28,531 nt of DNA from an uncultured archaeon (GCA_964525635.1 CAZGJX010000048.1:1-28531); one strand, 5' to 3'; positions 18,801-26,774 are shown, counted from the stretch's first letter. Translations and numbers: made by a program. Notes: a model not told the origin generated them from the letters alone.

Positions 18801-19113
18801 TTGTAATTATATGATGATGGATGCTTCAGAAAAAACGAAGATCTCTGGAAATATCCCAACAACTGTTTCTTTAAGTACTATTATGATTGATGGTACTGGT
18901 ATGTGTGGAGGATGTAGACTTTCACTAATTGAAAATGAAAAAGAAATAACAAAATTTGCATGTGTTGATGGGCCAATATTTGATGGTCATTCTATAAATT
19001 GGAGCGAATTAATTCATAGACAATATCGATTTAACTTTGATGAAACACAAATATATCAAACACATAGTTGTAAGTTAAAAGCTTTTATAAAAGAGGGAGA
19101 GAAAAATGAGTGA
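15871..19113 (+). CDS. Fusion: NuoG/FdhA-like Fe-S wire + degenerate molybdopterin-fold domain + NfnA (SudB/FNR-like) domain
   Basis: The true start is probably ATG 15871 (MSDNN), overlapping the nuoF stop; the ORF track start at 15739 lies inside nuoF. Motifs: IPTLC...GGCRLC...PAC, HPYSCLIC, CILCGKCVRIC, CQFCGSCVDICP, CGFCSVGC...GC-x2-GRF, ADIILP...EDSGTFLN...KPDWQII. From about 18241 NfnA: APLIAKKAKPGNF, ERLPMT, GPLG, DGTGMCGGCR, FACVDGP. Confidence 0.9.
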   Translation: MSDNNLKKGKIFIDNKEIDFIEGETILEAANKAEIYIPTLCYIKGLEPYGGCRLCIVQIEGMKGYPPACTTPAQEGMKIKNNDDEILDFRKEIFELLLSEHPYSCLICSNKENCEKIRDNVDKFGRIFGCFTCASKDSCELRKIAEYLGIEEIPYELEYHNYPLKRDDPFFEKDYNLCILCGKCVRICNDLRGVGAINFINRGHNTQISTEFDLLNVNTDCQFCGSCVDICPTGALSSKNTKWDIGNTEAKSSVCGFCSVGCGFDYYSRQGELFESIPNNENIINKGHGCVIGRFCPPQFNNGRDRLKYPSIKENGELIPSDWENIYSKIKENLEKYDPKEIAFLVSPNLSNESAYLLNKFANSVIKTENIAIISNNNSIDIYYNLLKNNLNKDYLCRSIQDIEKAELLILINTNIQKSHPVLFNHLFKARKNGSKIISLNLNNIKSSTITKRILDYEINFSKKELILFLLELSKRLSEGINEFKLANFDYKSFYNYIKDFKYNEKNHKENGLIDDFISTIKKSEQSKSIILVDLDRNLSDNYIEDLIGTLFNLLILLDNKIDLIPLWHYGNKEGVFQNISYNIKPKSIKDIINNIKNNQIKLLYLTERFENPEILNNIEFIILQDIYSSNNYDLADIILPTCTYLEDSGTFLNAELKSQNFLKIADSKGYSKPDWQIISELGKTFGNNYVRDFSFDNSKDIYKELMLENLYFNDDLNRETKKNLKFHFPDLQKIYFNEDLDSFGLRSFVYRGEPIYNQVDDLRELINFNESLKDDSADEIKKQEQIKTQFKVLSNKEIVPNTFELIVEAPLIAKKAKPGNFVIIMKNQESERLPMTLSDWNIDQGLIKIYYQEKGFSTRELTSLKKNDYIFSIVGPLGKEYPIKHYGTVLLGGGCYGNAAIYPIGKALKEAGNKIIIILEGKNKDLFYLINEIEEISDEIIYCTSDGSKGLKGKIDIGINYALNKEKKIDRCHFIGCNYMMMDASEKTKISGNIPTTVSLSTIMIDGTGMCGGCRLSLIENEKEITKFACVDGPIFDGHSINWSELIHRQYRFNFDETQIYQTHSCKLKAFIKEGEKNE

Positions 19114-20524
19114 TACAAAGAAAAAGAAAAGGCGCATTGATCTTCCAAGAAATAAAATGCCTGAACAAAATCCAAATTTAAGAAATAAAAATTTCAAGGA
19201 AGTTAATTTAGGTTATACTAATGAGATGGCGAAAGCAGAAGCAGAAAGATGCTTACAGTGCGAAAAACCTTTATGTGTTGAGGGTTGTCCTGTTAATATC
19301 AACATACCTGGATTCATTAAATTTATCAAAGAAGGTAATTTAAAAGCTTCTATTGAATGTATAAAAGATTATAATATATTACCTGCTGTATGTGGAAGAG
19401 TATGTCCTCAGGAAGTACAATGTGAGGGAAAATGTATTCTAGGTAAAAGATTCGAACCTGTAGCTATAGGGCATCTGGAAAGATATGTTGCTGATTGGGA
19501 AAGAGCTAATAAAATAAATGCTTGTCCTGAATGTAAATCTCCAAATAATATTAAAATAGCAATTATAGGATCTGGTCCTGCAGGAATTACATGTGCCGCA
19601 GAACTTGCTAAAGAAGGTTATGATATAACAATTTATGAGGCCTTTCATAAAGGTGGTGGTGTCCTTGTATACGGTATTCCTGAATTTAGATTACCTAAGG
19701 AAATCGTAGCAACTGAAATCAATACTCTGAAATCACTTGGAGTAAAAATAGAATATAATATGATAATAGGTAAAATCTTGACTATTGATGATTTATTTAA
19801 TATGGGATATAAAGCAATATTTATTGGTATAGGAGCAGGAACTCCAATATTCTTGAATATCCCAGGCTCGAATTTAAAAGGTGTTATATCAGCAAATGAA
19901 TATTTAACAAGGATAAATTTAATGAAAGCATATGACTTTCCAAATTATAAAACTCCTGTATCTTTAGGAAAATATGTTACTGTCATAGGGGGGGGAAATG
20001 TAGCTATGGATGCTGCTAGATCTGCATTAAGACTTGGAGCAGAAAAAGTTATTATTGTATATAGGCGTGCATTAGAACAAATGCCTGCAAGGAAAGAGGA
20101 AATCCATCATGCACAGGAAGAAGGAATTGAATTTAAGCTTCTCACGAATCCTTTGCGATTTATTGGAAATATCTATGGTAATGTTACAGAAATGGAAGTT
20201 ATAAAAATGAAGCTTGGAGAACTAGATGCATCAGGTAGAGCTAGTCCTATCCCTATAGAGAACTCAGAATTTCGTATAAAGACAGATTTAATAATTAATG
20301 CGATTGGAAATAATTCTAATCCATTATTAACTTCTACCTATCCTATATTAGAATTAAATAAATGGGGTAATATTGTAGCTGATGAGGATGGGAGGACTAA
20401 TGTTGATAGCATTTATGCGGGAGGTGATATCGTTACTGGTACAGCTACCGTAATTTCAGCAATGGGTGCTGGGAGAAGAGCAGCAAAGGCAATAAATGAA
20501 TATTTAATTGGCTTAAATAACTAA
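19106..20524 (+). CDS. nfnB: NfnB / SudA / GltD-like NADP(H)-binding Fe-S flavoprotein
   Basis: NFKEVNLGY, RCLQCEKPLCVEGCPV, CGRVCPQEVQCE, IGHLERY, GSGPAG, YGIPEFRLPK, GGGNVAMDAAR, YRR, AGGDIVTG; directly follows the NfnA domain with an 8-nt overlap. Confidence 0.9.
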   Translation: MSDTKKKKRRIDLPRNKMPEQNPNLRNKNFKEVNLGYTNEMAKAEAERCLQCEKPLCVEGCPVNINIPGFIKFIKEGNLKASIECIKDYNILPAVCGRVCPQEVQCEGKCILGKRFEPVAIGHLERYVADWERANKINACPECKSPNNIKIAIIGSGPAGITCAAELAKEGYDITIYEAFHKGGGVLVYGIPEFRLPKEIVATEINTLKSLGVKIEYNMIIGKILTIDDLFNMGYKAIFIGIGAGTPIFLNIPGSNLKGVISANEYLTRINLMKAYDFPNYKTPVSLGKYVTVIGGGNVAMDAARSALRLGAEKVIIVYRRALEQMPARKEEIHHAQEEGIEFKLLTNPLRFIGNIYGNVTEMEVIKMKLGELDASGRASPIPIENSEFRIKTDLIINAIGNNSNPLLTSTYPILELNKWGNIVADEDGRTNVDSIYAGGDIVTGTATVISAMGAGRRAAKAINEYLIGLNN

Positions 20525-20709
20525 ATAATTAAGTTAAATTATATATATTAAATCATAAATGAAACTTATAGCATTTCATTAGTCTTGATTAGTCTATTTG
20601 TAATGAAATTTATTAAAATTCTAGAAAATAATTATTCTAAAATCTAGTGGAATTTGGAATTATTTAAGGAATCTGTGTTGATAATTTTTTTTTATATGAA
20701 TAATCTACC

Positions 20710-23328
20710 CTATAAATCAAAATATAATATAGCTGTTTGATTTATGGTGTCAGCGTATATTCTCATTTTCTCTTGATTAGATTCATTATTATATTCAAAA
20801 ACTTTTATTATATCTTCATATTTTTCAACCTCAGGTAAAATTTTAGCTAAGATATTATCCATCTTTGACAATAGGTCCTTATTTAATATAGATTCTTTAT
20901 GTTTAGGATCGATAGCGATGTAAAGCATATCATTTTCAACAAGATCATTGAAAAAGTGAGTTCCTAATGAAGCGTCTGGAGTCAAATTCTCATGCATTTC
21001 AGCTATCTCACAAATAATTGATATTGTATTTATTTCACGAAAAGTCACAGGAATTCCTAAAGAAGGACTTGATGTAGCCCACCTACCAGGACCTGCAAGT
21101 AAAAAGATTTTATCTTCTTGTTTATCCATTTTTTGATTTAGTTTTCCTATTATTCTAGCAATACTACTTCTTTCTTGGTTTGGTAATTTACCATATAATT
21201 CTGGTACTACGTATATTAATCTATCAACCATTTTTGAAATCCCATTACCTATGATCGGTCCATTAGTTTTGAAAATAATATTTTGATCCTTTATATTTTT
21301 AGGTTCTTCTATTTTTTCAGTTTCACTTTTTATCTGAAATGGACGACACTGGAGAATATATATTTTATATTCATTATCTTTGATAAAATTAATAGCAAAT
21401 TCTATATCTATGGAATAATCATACACTTCTGATAATGTACGTAAAATATAATACATATCTTCTATTATGGAAGATTTTAATATTGATTTATCTAAATCAA
21501 GGAAATAATACAATTTTGTTTTTCCTAATTGTTTATATTTCTGTTCAATACTAAAATCACGAGTTCCAAAAAGCTCTATTGGGAGATTTGGTGAATTAAG
21601 AACAATATCATCGAAATATTTAGTGATAAATTTATTGTTTTTTAAGTCAATTACATCAACCTTACGTTGATTATATTTGCGTGTATCCAATAAACTAGTT
21701 TCTGGTCTCTTTTCTGGAATATTTAAAGCGATAATTCGAGTATAATCATCATCATATCTTTCTACTGCTCTAGTTCCTAAACCAAATACTAACCTAATCA
21801 AACCATCTTCGGGTCTTATATCTTTATTCCAAACAAAAGGATTATAAGAATAACCCACACCTGCTAATTGTGGATAAAATAGATTTCCATATAGTGAACC
21901 TGAAACTCTCTGAACTAGAATACCCATTTGTTCATCTTTATCTAATAAATTCCTTCTTAAGCGATAAAATAATGCTTCTTCACTTAAAGTACTTTTATAT
22001 ACCTCTCGAATAGCATTCATGAATTCATCGAGTCTTTGTTCTGGAGTACCTTGATTTGCAAGAAATATACTTTCATATTTTCCAGAAAAAGCATTATCAT
22101 AGGCATCTTCTAATAGACTACTACTTCTAACAATTATAGGAGATTGACCATAATAATTAAGAATTTTTTTAAATTGTTCAATAATATCATTTGGAAATTT
22201 ACCTTTCTCCATAATATTTCTTGCTTCTATTGCATATTTCTTAAAATTTTTATTTTTACGAATCTTATATCTGAGCCACCAACAATCATTAATAACAAGA
22301 TAAGTATAAAATACATCTGCACCTATAAAAAAAGAATCATGTTGCTCTAATTTATGATACCATTTCAGATCTTTTTTCTTTAAGATAGATTGAGCTAATA
22401 ACATTCCTAATGACTTACCACCAATTAAACCTGTCCCAATCATTCTCTTGCCAATATTTATCAAATCCTCTATATTAAAATATTCATTAGCGAGAGGATA
22501 TAATTGGGGATCTTGAGTCATTACCATTCGTATAATTTTCTCTTTAAGAAGATCTAAATCATCCTTTTTAATAGTTTTATTATCATAATTAGCATAACTT
22601 TGATAAGCTTCTCTAAATGTGCTAGTCCATATATCTTGTGTCTTTGATGTAAAATCTATCCATTGTGATGCATATTCTGTAAGTATTTCTGAGATTTTTG
22701 AACTTTTTAATACTGGAATAAATTCCTTGTTTTTCCATATATGGAGCATATACATAGTAGTAGAATGCCTTTTCCATACTTTGATTGGATGGATATAATA
22801 ATTTTTATCTTTTTTATAAACATCAATTATGATTTGGGCAGTGCTATGAATTTTAGATATAGTATATTCACTATGTCTATTTCTTATAAGTGCAAAAAAG
22901 GTTTCTGTTTCAAAATCGAAGAGATAAGGACATGTAAGCATAAAGAAGTTAGCAACCATTCGATCACTATACCAATCTACAGTTAAATCACTCAATGAAT
23001 CAAAAACATAAGCAGCTCTTTTCCCATATTTCTCAATAATAGTAAAAATTTCATCAATAAAATGTTCAAATCCCACCTCTGGATGAACTTCCAAAATGTC
23101 TGCTTTGACATTCTTAGGTATAAGTGAAATATGATTAGCAAATCTAAAATATATTAATTTACGATTCTGAGTATTTTTATCCTTACAAAATGCATGAACG
23201 AAAGGAATAAATTGATCTATTGACTTTATCTGAAACACGATATTATCTCCAGGTAAAATACCATGCAAGATGGTATCTAGACCAGTTATTCCAGTACTAA
23301 AAGTATTTGGATCCATCTTATCTTCCAA
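20710..23328 (-). CDS. PEP/pyruvate-binding (PPDK_N, ATP-grasp) domain protein with N-terminal degenerate KaiC/RAD55-like domain
   Basis: FSTGITGLDTILHGI (no Walker A) and YVFDSLS; then IGGKSLG, IVRSSSLLED...FSGKYES, MGILVQRV, GLGTRAV, DIEFA, ILQCRP; C-terminal GPGRW...LGIPV...SLGTHFF. The start may be ATG at 23316. Confidence 0.85.
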   Translation of the reverse strand: MEDKMDPNTFSTGITGLDTILHGILPGDNIVFQIKSIDQFIPFVHAFCKDKNTQNRKLIYFRFANHISLIPKNVKADILEVHPEVGFEHFIDEIFTIIEKYGKRAAYVFDSLSDLTVDWYSDRMVANFFMLTCPYLFDFETETFFALIRNRHSEYTISKIHSTAQIIIDVYKKDKNYYIHPIKVWKRHSTTMYMLHIWKNKEFIPVLKSSKISEILTEYASQWIDFTSKTQDIWTSTFREAYQSYANYDNKTIKKDDLDLLKEKIIRMVMTQDPQLYPLANEYFNIEDLINIGKRMIGTGLIGGKSLGMLLAQSILKKKDLKWYHKLEQHDSFFIGADVFYTYLVINDCWWLRYKIRKNKNFKKYAIEARNIMEKGKFPNDIIEQFKKILNYYGQSPIIVRSSSLLEDAYDNAFSGKYESIFLANQGTPEQRLDEFMNAIREVYKSTLSEEALFYRLRRNLLDKDEQMGILVQRVSGSLYGNLFYPQLAGVGYSYNPFVWNKDIRPEDGLIRLVFGLGTRAVERYDDDYTRIIALNIPEKRPETSLLDTRKYNQRKVDVIDLKNNKFITKYFDDIVLNSPNLPIELFGTRDFSIEQKYKQLGKTKLYYFLDLDKSILKSSIIEDMYYILRTLSEVYDYSIDIEFAINFIKDNEYKIYILQCRPFQIKSETEKIEEPKNIKDQNIIFKTNGPIIGNGISKMVDRLIYVVPELYGKLPNQERSSIARIIGKLNQKMDKQEDKIFLLAGPGRWATSSPSLGIPVTFREINTISIICEIAEMHENLTPDASLGTHFFNDLVENDMLYIAIDPKHKESILNKDLLSKMDNILAKILPEVEKYEDIIKVFEYNNESNQEKMRIYADTINQTAILYFDL

Positions 23329-23561
23329 GTTTTAATTAATAATACTCAAAAATGATTTTTGAAGTTATTCATATTTATATTTTTAAGTATAGTTGATTTA
23401 CTAAATAGTAATTAGTAATAATTTGAAATCATTTTATTTTATGGTAGATTTTCCATAAATTCTTAAATAAATTTTTATTAACACATAATATTATTGAAAA
23501 TATTTCAAGATTTATCAAAGTAAATTGATTGTTTTTCTAAAAGGACATATGAATTAGAAAA

Positions 23562-23578
23562 AATATATTGTATATATT
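23562..23578. promoter_or_regulatory. Palindromic operator candidate AATATA-N5-TATATT (copy 3)
   Basis: AATATA TTGTA TATATT in the divergent promoter between the PPDK_N gene and the second nuoE operon. Confidence 0.5.
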
Positions 23579-23635
23579 ACTTATATTGTTTATATTAATT
23601 GTATCGCTTATATTCGATAAATTGGTAATATTTTT
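23564..23635. repeat. Degenerate 9-bp tandem array TATATTnnn x8
   Basis: tatattgta tatattact tatattgtt tatattaat tgtatcgct tatattcga taaattggt aatattttt. Confidence 0.6.
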
Positions 23636-23746
23636 ATTTTTTTTTACTCGCTTATTATTATTAAAATTTTTTTTATAAAATACAAAAAAGAATATCTTTG
23701 AAATAAAAAATGCCACATTCAAATTAAAAATTAAAGAATAGTTAAA

Positions 23747-24211
23747 ATGACGATAGATGAAACTTTTATTGATAAAACTATAGAAAAAAATAATAGGTCT
23801 CTTATCTCTATTTTACAGGATATACAAGAAAGTTATAATTATTTACCTGAAGAGTCTCTTATTAAAGTTGCAGAAAAAATGCAAATTCCGCTGATAGATG
23901 TATATTCAGTAGTTACATTTTACCATTCATTCTGTCTTATTCCTAAAGGTGAGTATATTATTACTGTTTGTTTAGGAACTGCATGTTATATACGAGGTGG
24001 AAAAAAAATAGTTGATTTATTAACAAAAGAATTGGAAATAATACCAGGGGAGACTACAAAAGATAATAAATTCACACTTGAAACAGTTAATTGCCTTGGT
24101 TGTTGTGCTATTGGACCTATCGTAAAAATAAATAATGAATATCATGGAGAGATGACTCCAAATAAGACAAAGAAACTTATAAAGTCCTTGAAGAGGGAAA
24201 AAAATGACTAA
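23747..24211 (+). CDS. nuoE: NuoE/HydC-like [2Fe-2S] subunit (second copy)
   Basis: LISILQDIQ, YSVVTFYHSF, VCLGTAC, CLGCCAIGP. Confidence 0.92.
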   Translation: MTIDETFIDKTIEKNNRSLISILQDIQESYNYLPEESLIKVAEKMQIPLIDVYSVVTFYHSFCLIPKGEYIITVCLGTACYIRGGKKIVDLLTKELEIIPGETTKDNKFTLETVNCLGCCAIGPIVKINNEYHGEMTPNKTKKLIKSLKREKND

Positions 24212-26042
24212 ATTACTCTCAATAAATGAATTCGATAAAATATCTAAGAAGATTACAGAACGTCAGGATTTTAATAAACATATTATCTCTATATCTTCGG
24301 GTACATGTGGACATGCAAGTGGTTCCATTAAGGTTGCAGAAGCATTAAAACAAGCTGTTAAAGGATATGAAGACAAAATTAGTATAAAACTGACAGGATG
24401 CCATGGATACTGTGCGGCAGAACCTAATATAATAATCTTCCCCCAAAAAGTTTTTTATAAAAATTTAAAGCCAGAGGATGCACCAAATATAATACAATCT
24501 ATATTAAAAGGAGAGATAATTGAAAACTTAGTTATTAAAGAGAATGGAATCAATTATACCCATATTGATGAAATTCCTTTTTATAAATACCAAAAGAATA
24601 TTCTTATAGGAGATAATCCGCTTATAGATCCTAAAAATATCGAAGATTATATAGCAATTGGTGGATATAAAGCATTTTCTAAAGCTTTATGTATGCGACC
24701 TAATGAAATTATTGAAGAGATAAAGAAATCTGGATTGCGGGGTAGGGGAGGAGCAGGATTTTCAACAGGGATTAAATGGGAAGTAGCAAGTAAACAAAAA
24801 AGTGATACAAAATATATAATTTGTAATGCTGATGAAGGGGATCCTGGTGCTTATATGGATAGAAATCTGCTTGAAGGTAATCCACAATTAATTATTGAAG
24901 GTATGATAATCGGGGCTTATGCAATAGGTGCAAATAAGGGATGGATTTATGTTCGAGATGAATATCCCCTTGCTGTGAAGAATATCACAATAAATATTAA
25001 GCAAGCTAGGGAAATGGGCTTTCTTGGTAAAAATATCCTTGGTTCAAGTTTTGATTTTGATATACAAATTACTCGTGGTGCAGGTGCTTTTGTTTGTGGG
25101 GAAGAGACAGCTCTTATTCAATCTATAGAAGGTAAAATAGGTGATCCACGTCAGCGACCTCCTTATCCCGCTCAAATGGGCCTTTTTGGCAAACCTACAA
25201 ATATAAATAATGTAGAAACATGGGCTAATATTCCTAAAATAATTGATAAAGGTGCAGACTGGTATGCTAACATCGGTACCAAGACGAGTAAAGGTACAAA
25301 GATTTTCTCACTCGTTGGTAAAGTTAAAAATACCGGATTAGTTGAAGTACCTATGGGTATTACAATAAAAGATATTGTATATAATATTGGAGGTGGATCT
25401 CCAACTGATCGTAAAATTAAAGCTATACAAACAGGGGGTCCCTCTGGTGGATGTATTCCAGAAGATCTATTTAATTTACCTATCGATTATGAATCGCTTA
25501 AACAGGCTGGATCTATAATGGGATCGGGAGGAATGATTGTATTGGATGAAGATACTTGTATGGTTGATTTTGCAAGGTACTTTACAAATTTCTTACAAAA
25601 TGAATCATGTGGTAAATGCTCATCCTGTAGAGAGGGTATTCAGCGTATGTTTGAAATATTAACAGATATAACCGAAGGTAAAGCAAATGATACAAGTATT
25701 GAGCTACTTGAAGAGCTTGGTAGTGTAATAAAAGATACTTCTTTGTGCGCCCTTGGTCAAACTGCCCCAAATTCTGTACTCACTTCAATTAGATATTTTA
25801 GAAATGAATATATTGCTCATATAAAAGATAAGAAATGTTTCGCAGGAGTCTGTCGGGCATTAATAAGATATAAAATAGATAAAGAGATATGCACTGGTTG
25901 TGGTGTATGTAAAATAAATTGTCCTGAGGGAGCAATAGTAGGTGAATTGAAACAGCCACACCTTATTCTTCAAGATAAATGTATTAAATGTGGAATTTGT
26001 CATGATAATTGCAATTTTAACGCAATTAATTTGGATGTATAA
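24204..26042 (+). CDS. nuoF: NuoF/HydB-like FMN/NAD-binding subunit with BfuB architecture (second copy)
   Basis: GCHGYC, SGLRGRGGAGF, NADEGDPGAYMDR, GAGAFVCGEETAL, ESCGKCSSCR...SLCALG, DTCMV...HIKDKKCFAGVC, CTGCGVCKINCP, CIKCGICHDNC. Confidence 0.95.
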   Translation: MTKLLSINEFDKISKKITERQDFNKHIISISSGTCGHASGSIKVAEALKQAVKGYEDKISIKLTGCHGYCAAEPNIIIFPQKVFYKNLKPEDAPNIIQSILKGEIIENLVIKENGINYTHIDEIPFYKYQKNILIGDNPLIDPKNIEDYIAIGGYKAFSKALCMRPNEIIEEIKKSGLRGRGGAGFSTGIKWEVASKQKSDTKYIICNADEGDPGAYMDRNLLEGNPQLIIEGMIIGAYAIGANKGWIYVRDEYPLAVKNITINIKQAREMGFLGKNILGSSFDFDIQITRGAGAFVCGEETALIQSIEGKIGDPRQRPPYPAQMGLFGKPTNINNVETWANIPKIIDKGADWYANIGTKTSKGTKIFSLVGKVKNTGLVEVPMGITIKDIVYNIGGGSPTDRKIKAIQTGGPSGGCIPEDLFNLPIDYESLKQAGSIMGSGGMIVLDEDTCMVDFARYFTNFLQNESCGKCSSCREGIQRMFEILTDITEGKANDTSIELLEELGSVIKDTSLCALGQTAPNSVLTSIRYFRNEYIAHIKDKKCFAGVCRALIRYKIDKEICTGCGVCKINCPEGAIVGELKQPHLILQDKCIKCGICHDNCNFNAINLDV

Positions 26043-26056
26043 TTTGAGGGATATGA

Positions 26057-26755
26057 ATGCCAAAAATAAAAATTGATGGAATTGAGTTTGATTGTTCAGA
26101 AAATTCAACAATACTTGATGTCGCTAAAATATTAGGAATAGATATACCAACTCTCTGCTATCACGAGGGCCTTTCAAGATGGGGTGGCTGTCGTTTATGT
26201 ATTGTTGAAATAGGAAGAGATGAAAATACTAAACTAGTTTCCTCGTGTACATATCCTGTTCAAGAAGGTCTTATTGTTCGAACTGCAAGTAAAAGGGTTA
26301 TTAATGCAAGAAAAATGATACTTGAACTTTTAATTGCACAAAATCCAACTTCCAAGGTATTACAAGATCTTGCATCAAAAATAGGTTTAAAAGAGGTCAG
26401 ATTCAAACCAAAATGGGAAACTTGTATTTACTGTGGTTTGTGTGTAAGGATATGTAAAGAACAGATGATGGCAAATGCTATTGGATTTGTTAATAGAGGA
26501 AATAAGTTAAAAATAACTACCCCCTTTGATAAAAATTCGGAGGATTGTCGAAGATGTGGTGCGTGCATGTATATATGCCCAGCATGTACAATAAGATGTG
26601 ATGGCCCCAATCCAGAAAGCGTGTTATGTAATGGCTGTTACAATGCACTCCAACCTACATGTTTGGAAGTTTATGATAATTTTTCATGTTGGATGGGATT
26701 AAAAGGTGAATGTGGAACATGTGTAGATATATCAAAGAATCAAAAAAATAAATGA
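26057..26755 (+). CDS. Short NuoG/HoxU-like Fe-S subunit with Cys-rich C-terminal tail
   Basis: IPTLC...GGCRLC...SSC [2Fe-2S]; CIYCGLCVRIC and CRRCGACMYICP; no H-x3-C-x2-C motif; no catalytic domain; GAGGGA upstream. Confidence 0.88.
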   Translation: MPKIKIDGIEFDCSENSTILDVAKILGIDIPTLCYHEGLSRWGGCRLCIVEIGRDENTKLVSSCTYPVQEGLIVRTASKRVINARKMILELLIAQNPTSKVLQDLASKIGLKEVRFKPKWETCIYCGLCVRICKEQMMANAIGFVNRGNKLKITTPFDKNSEDCRRCGACMYICPACTIRCDGPNPESVLCNGCYNALQPTCLEVYDNFSCWMGLKGECGTCVDISKNQKNK

Positions 26756-26774
26756 ATAAAAGGAGATATGAAAA

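Noticed and set aside
23537-23722. 61-aa Asn/Ile-rich ORF
   Set aside because: Low-complexity product of the AT-rich promoter and the 9-bp array.
15414-25620. Identical 24-nt stretch CAAAATGAATCATGTGGTAAATGC in both nuoF copies
   Set aside because: It encodes the conserved QNESCGKC motif under strong AT codon bias; ordinary paralogy rather than a repeat element.
13550-26755. Respiratory complex I, [FeFe]-hydrogenase or formate dehydrogenase calls for the nuoEFG-like genes
   Set aside because: No membrane Nuo subunits, no H-cluster motifs and no Mo/W-ligating Cys/Sec motif.
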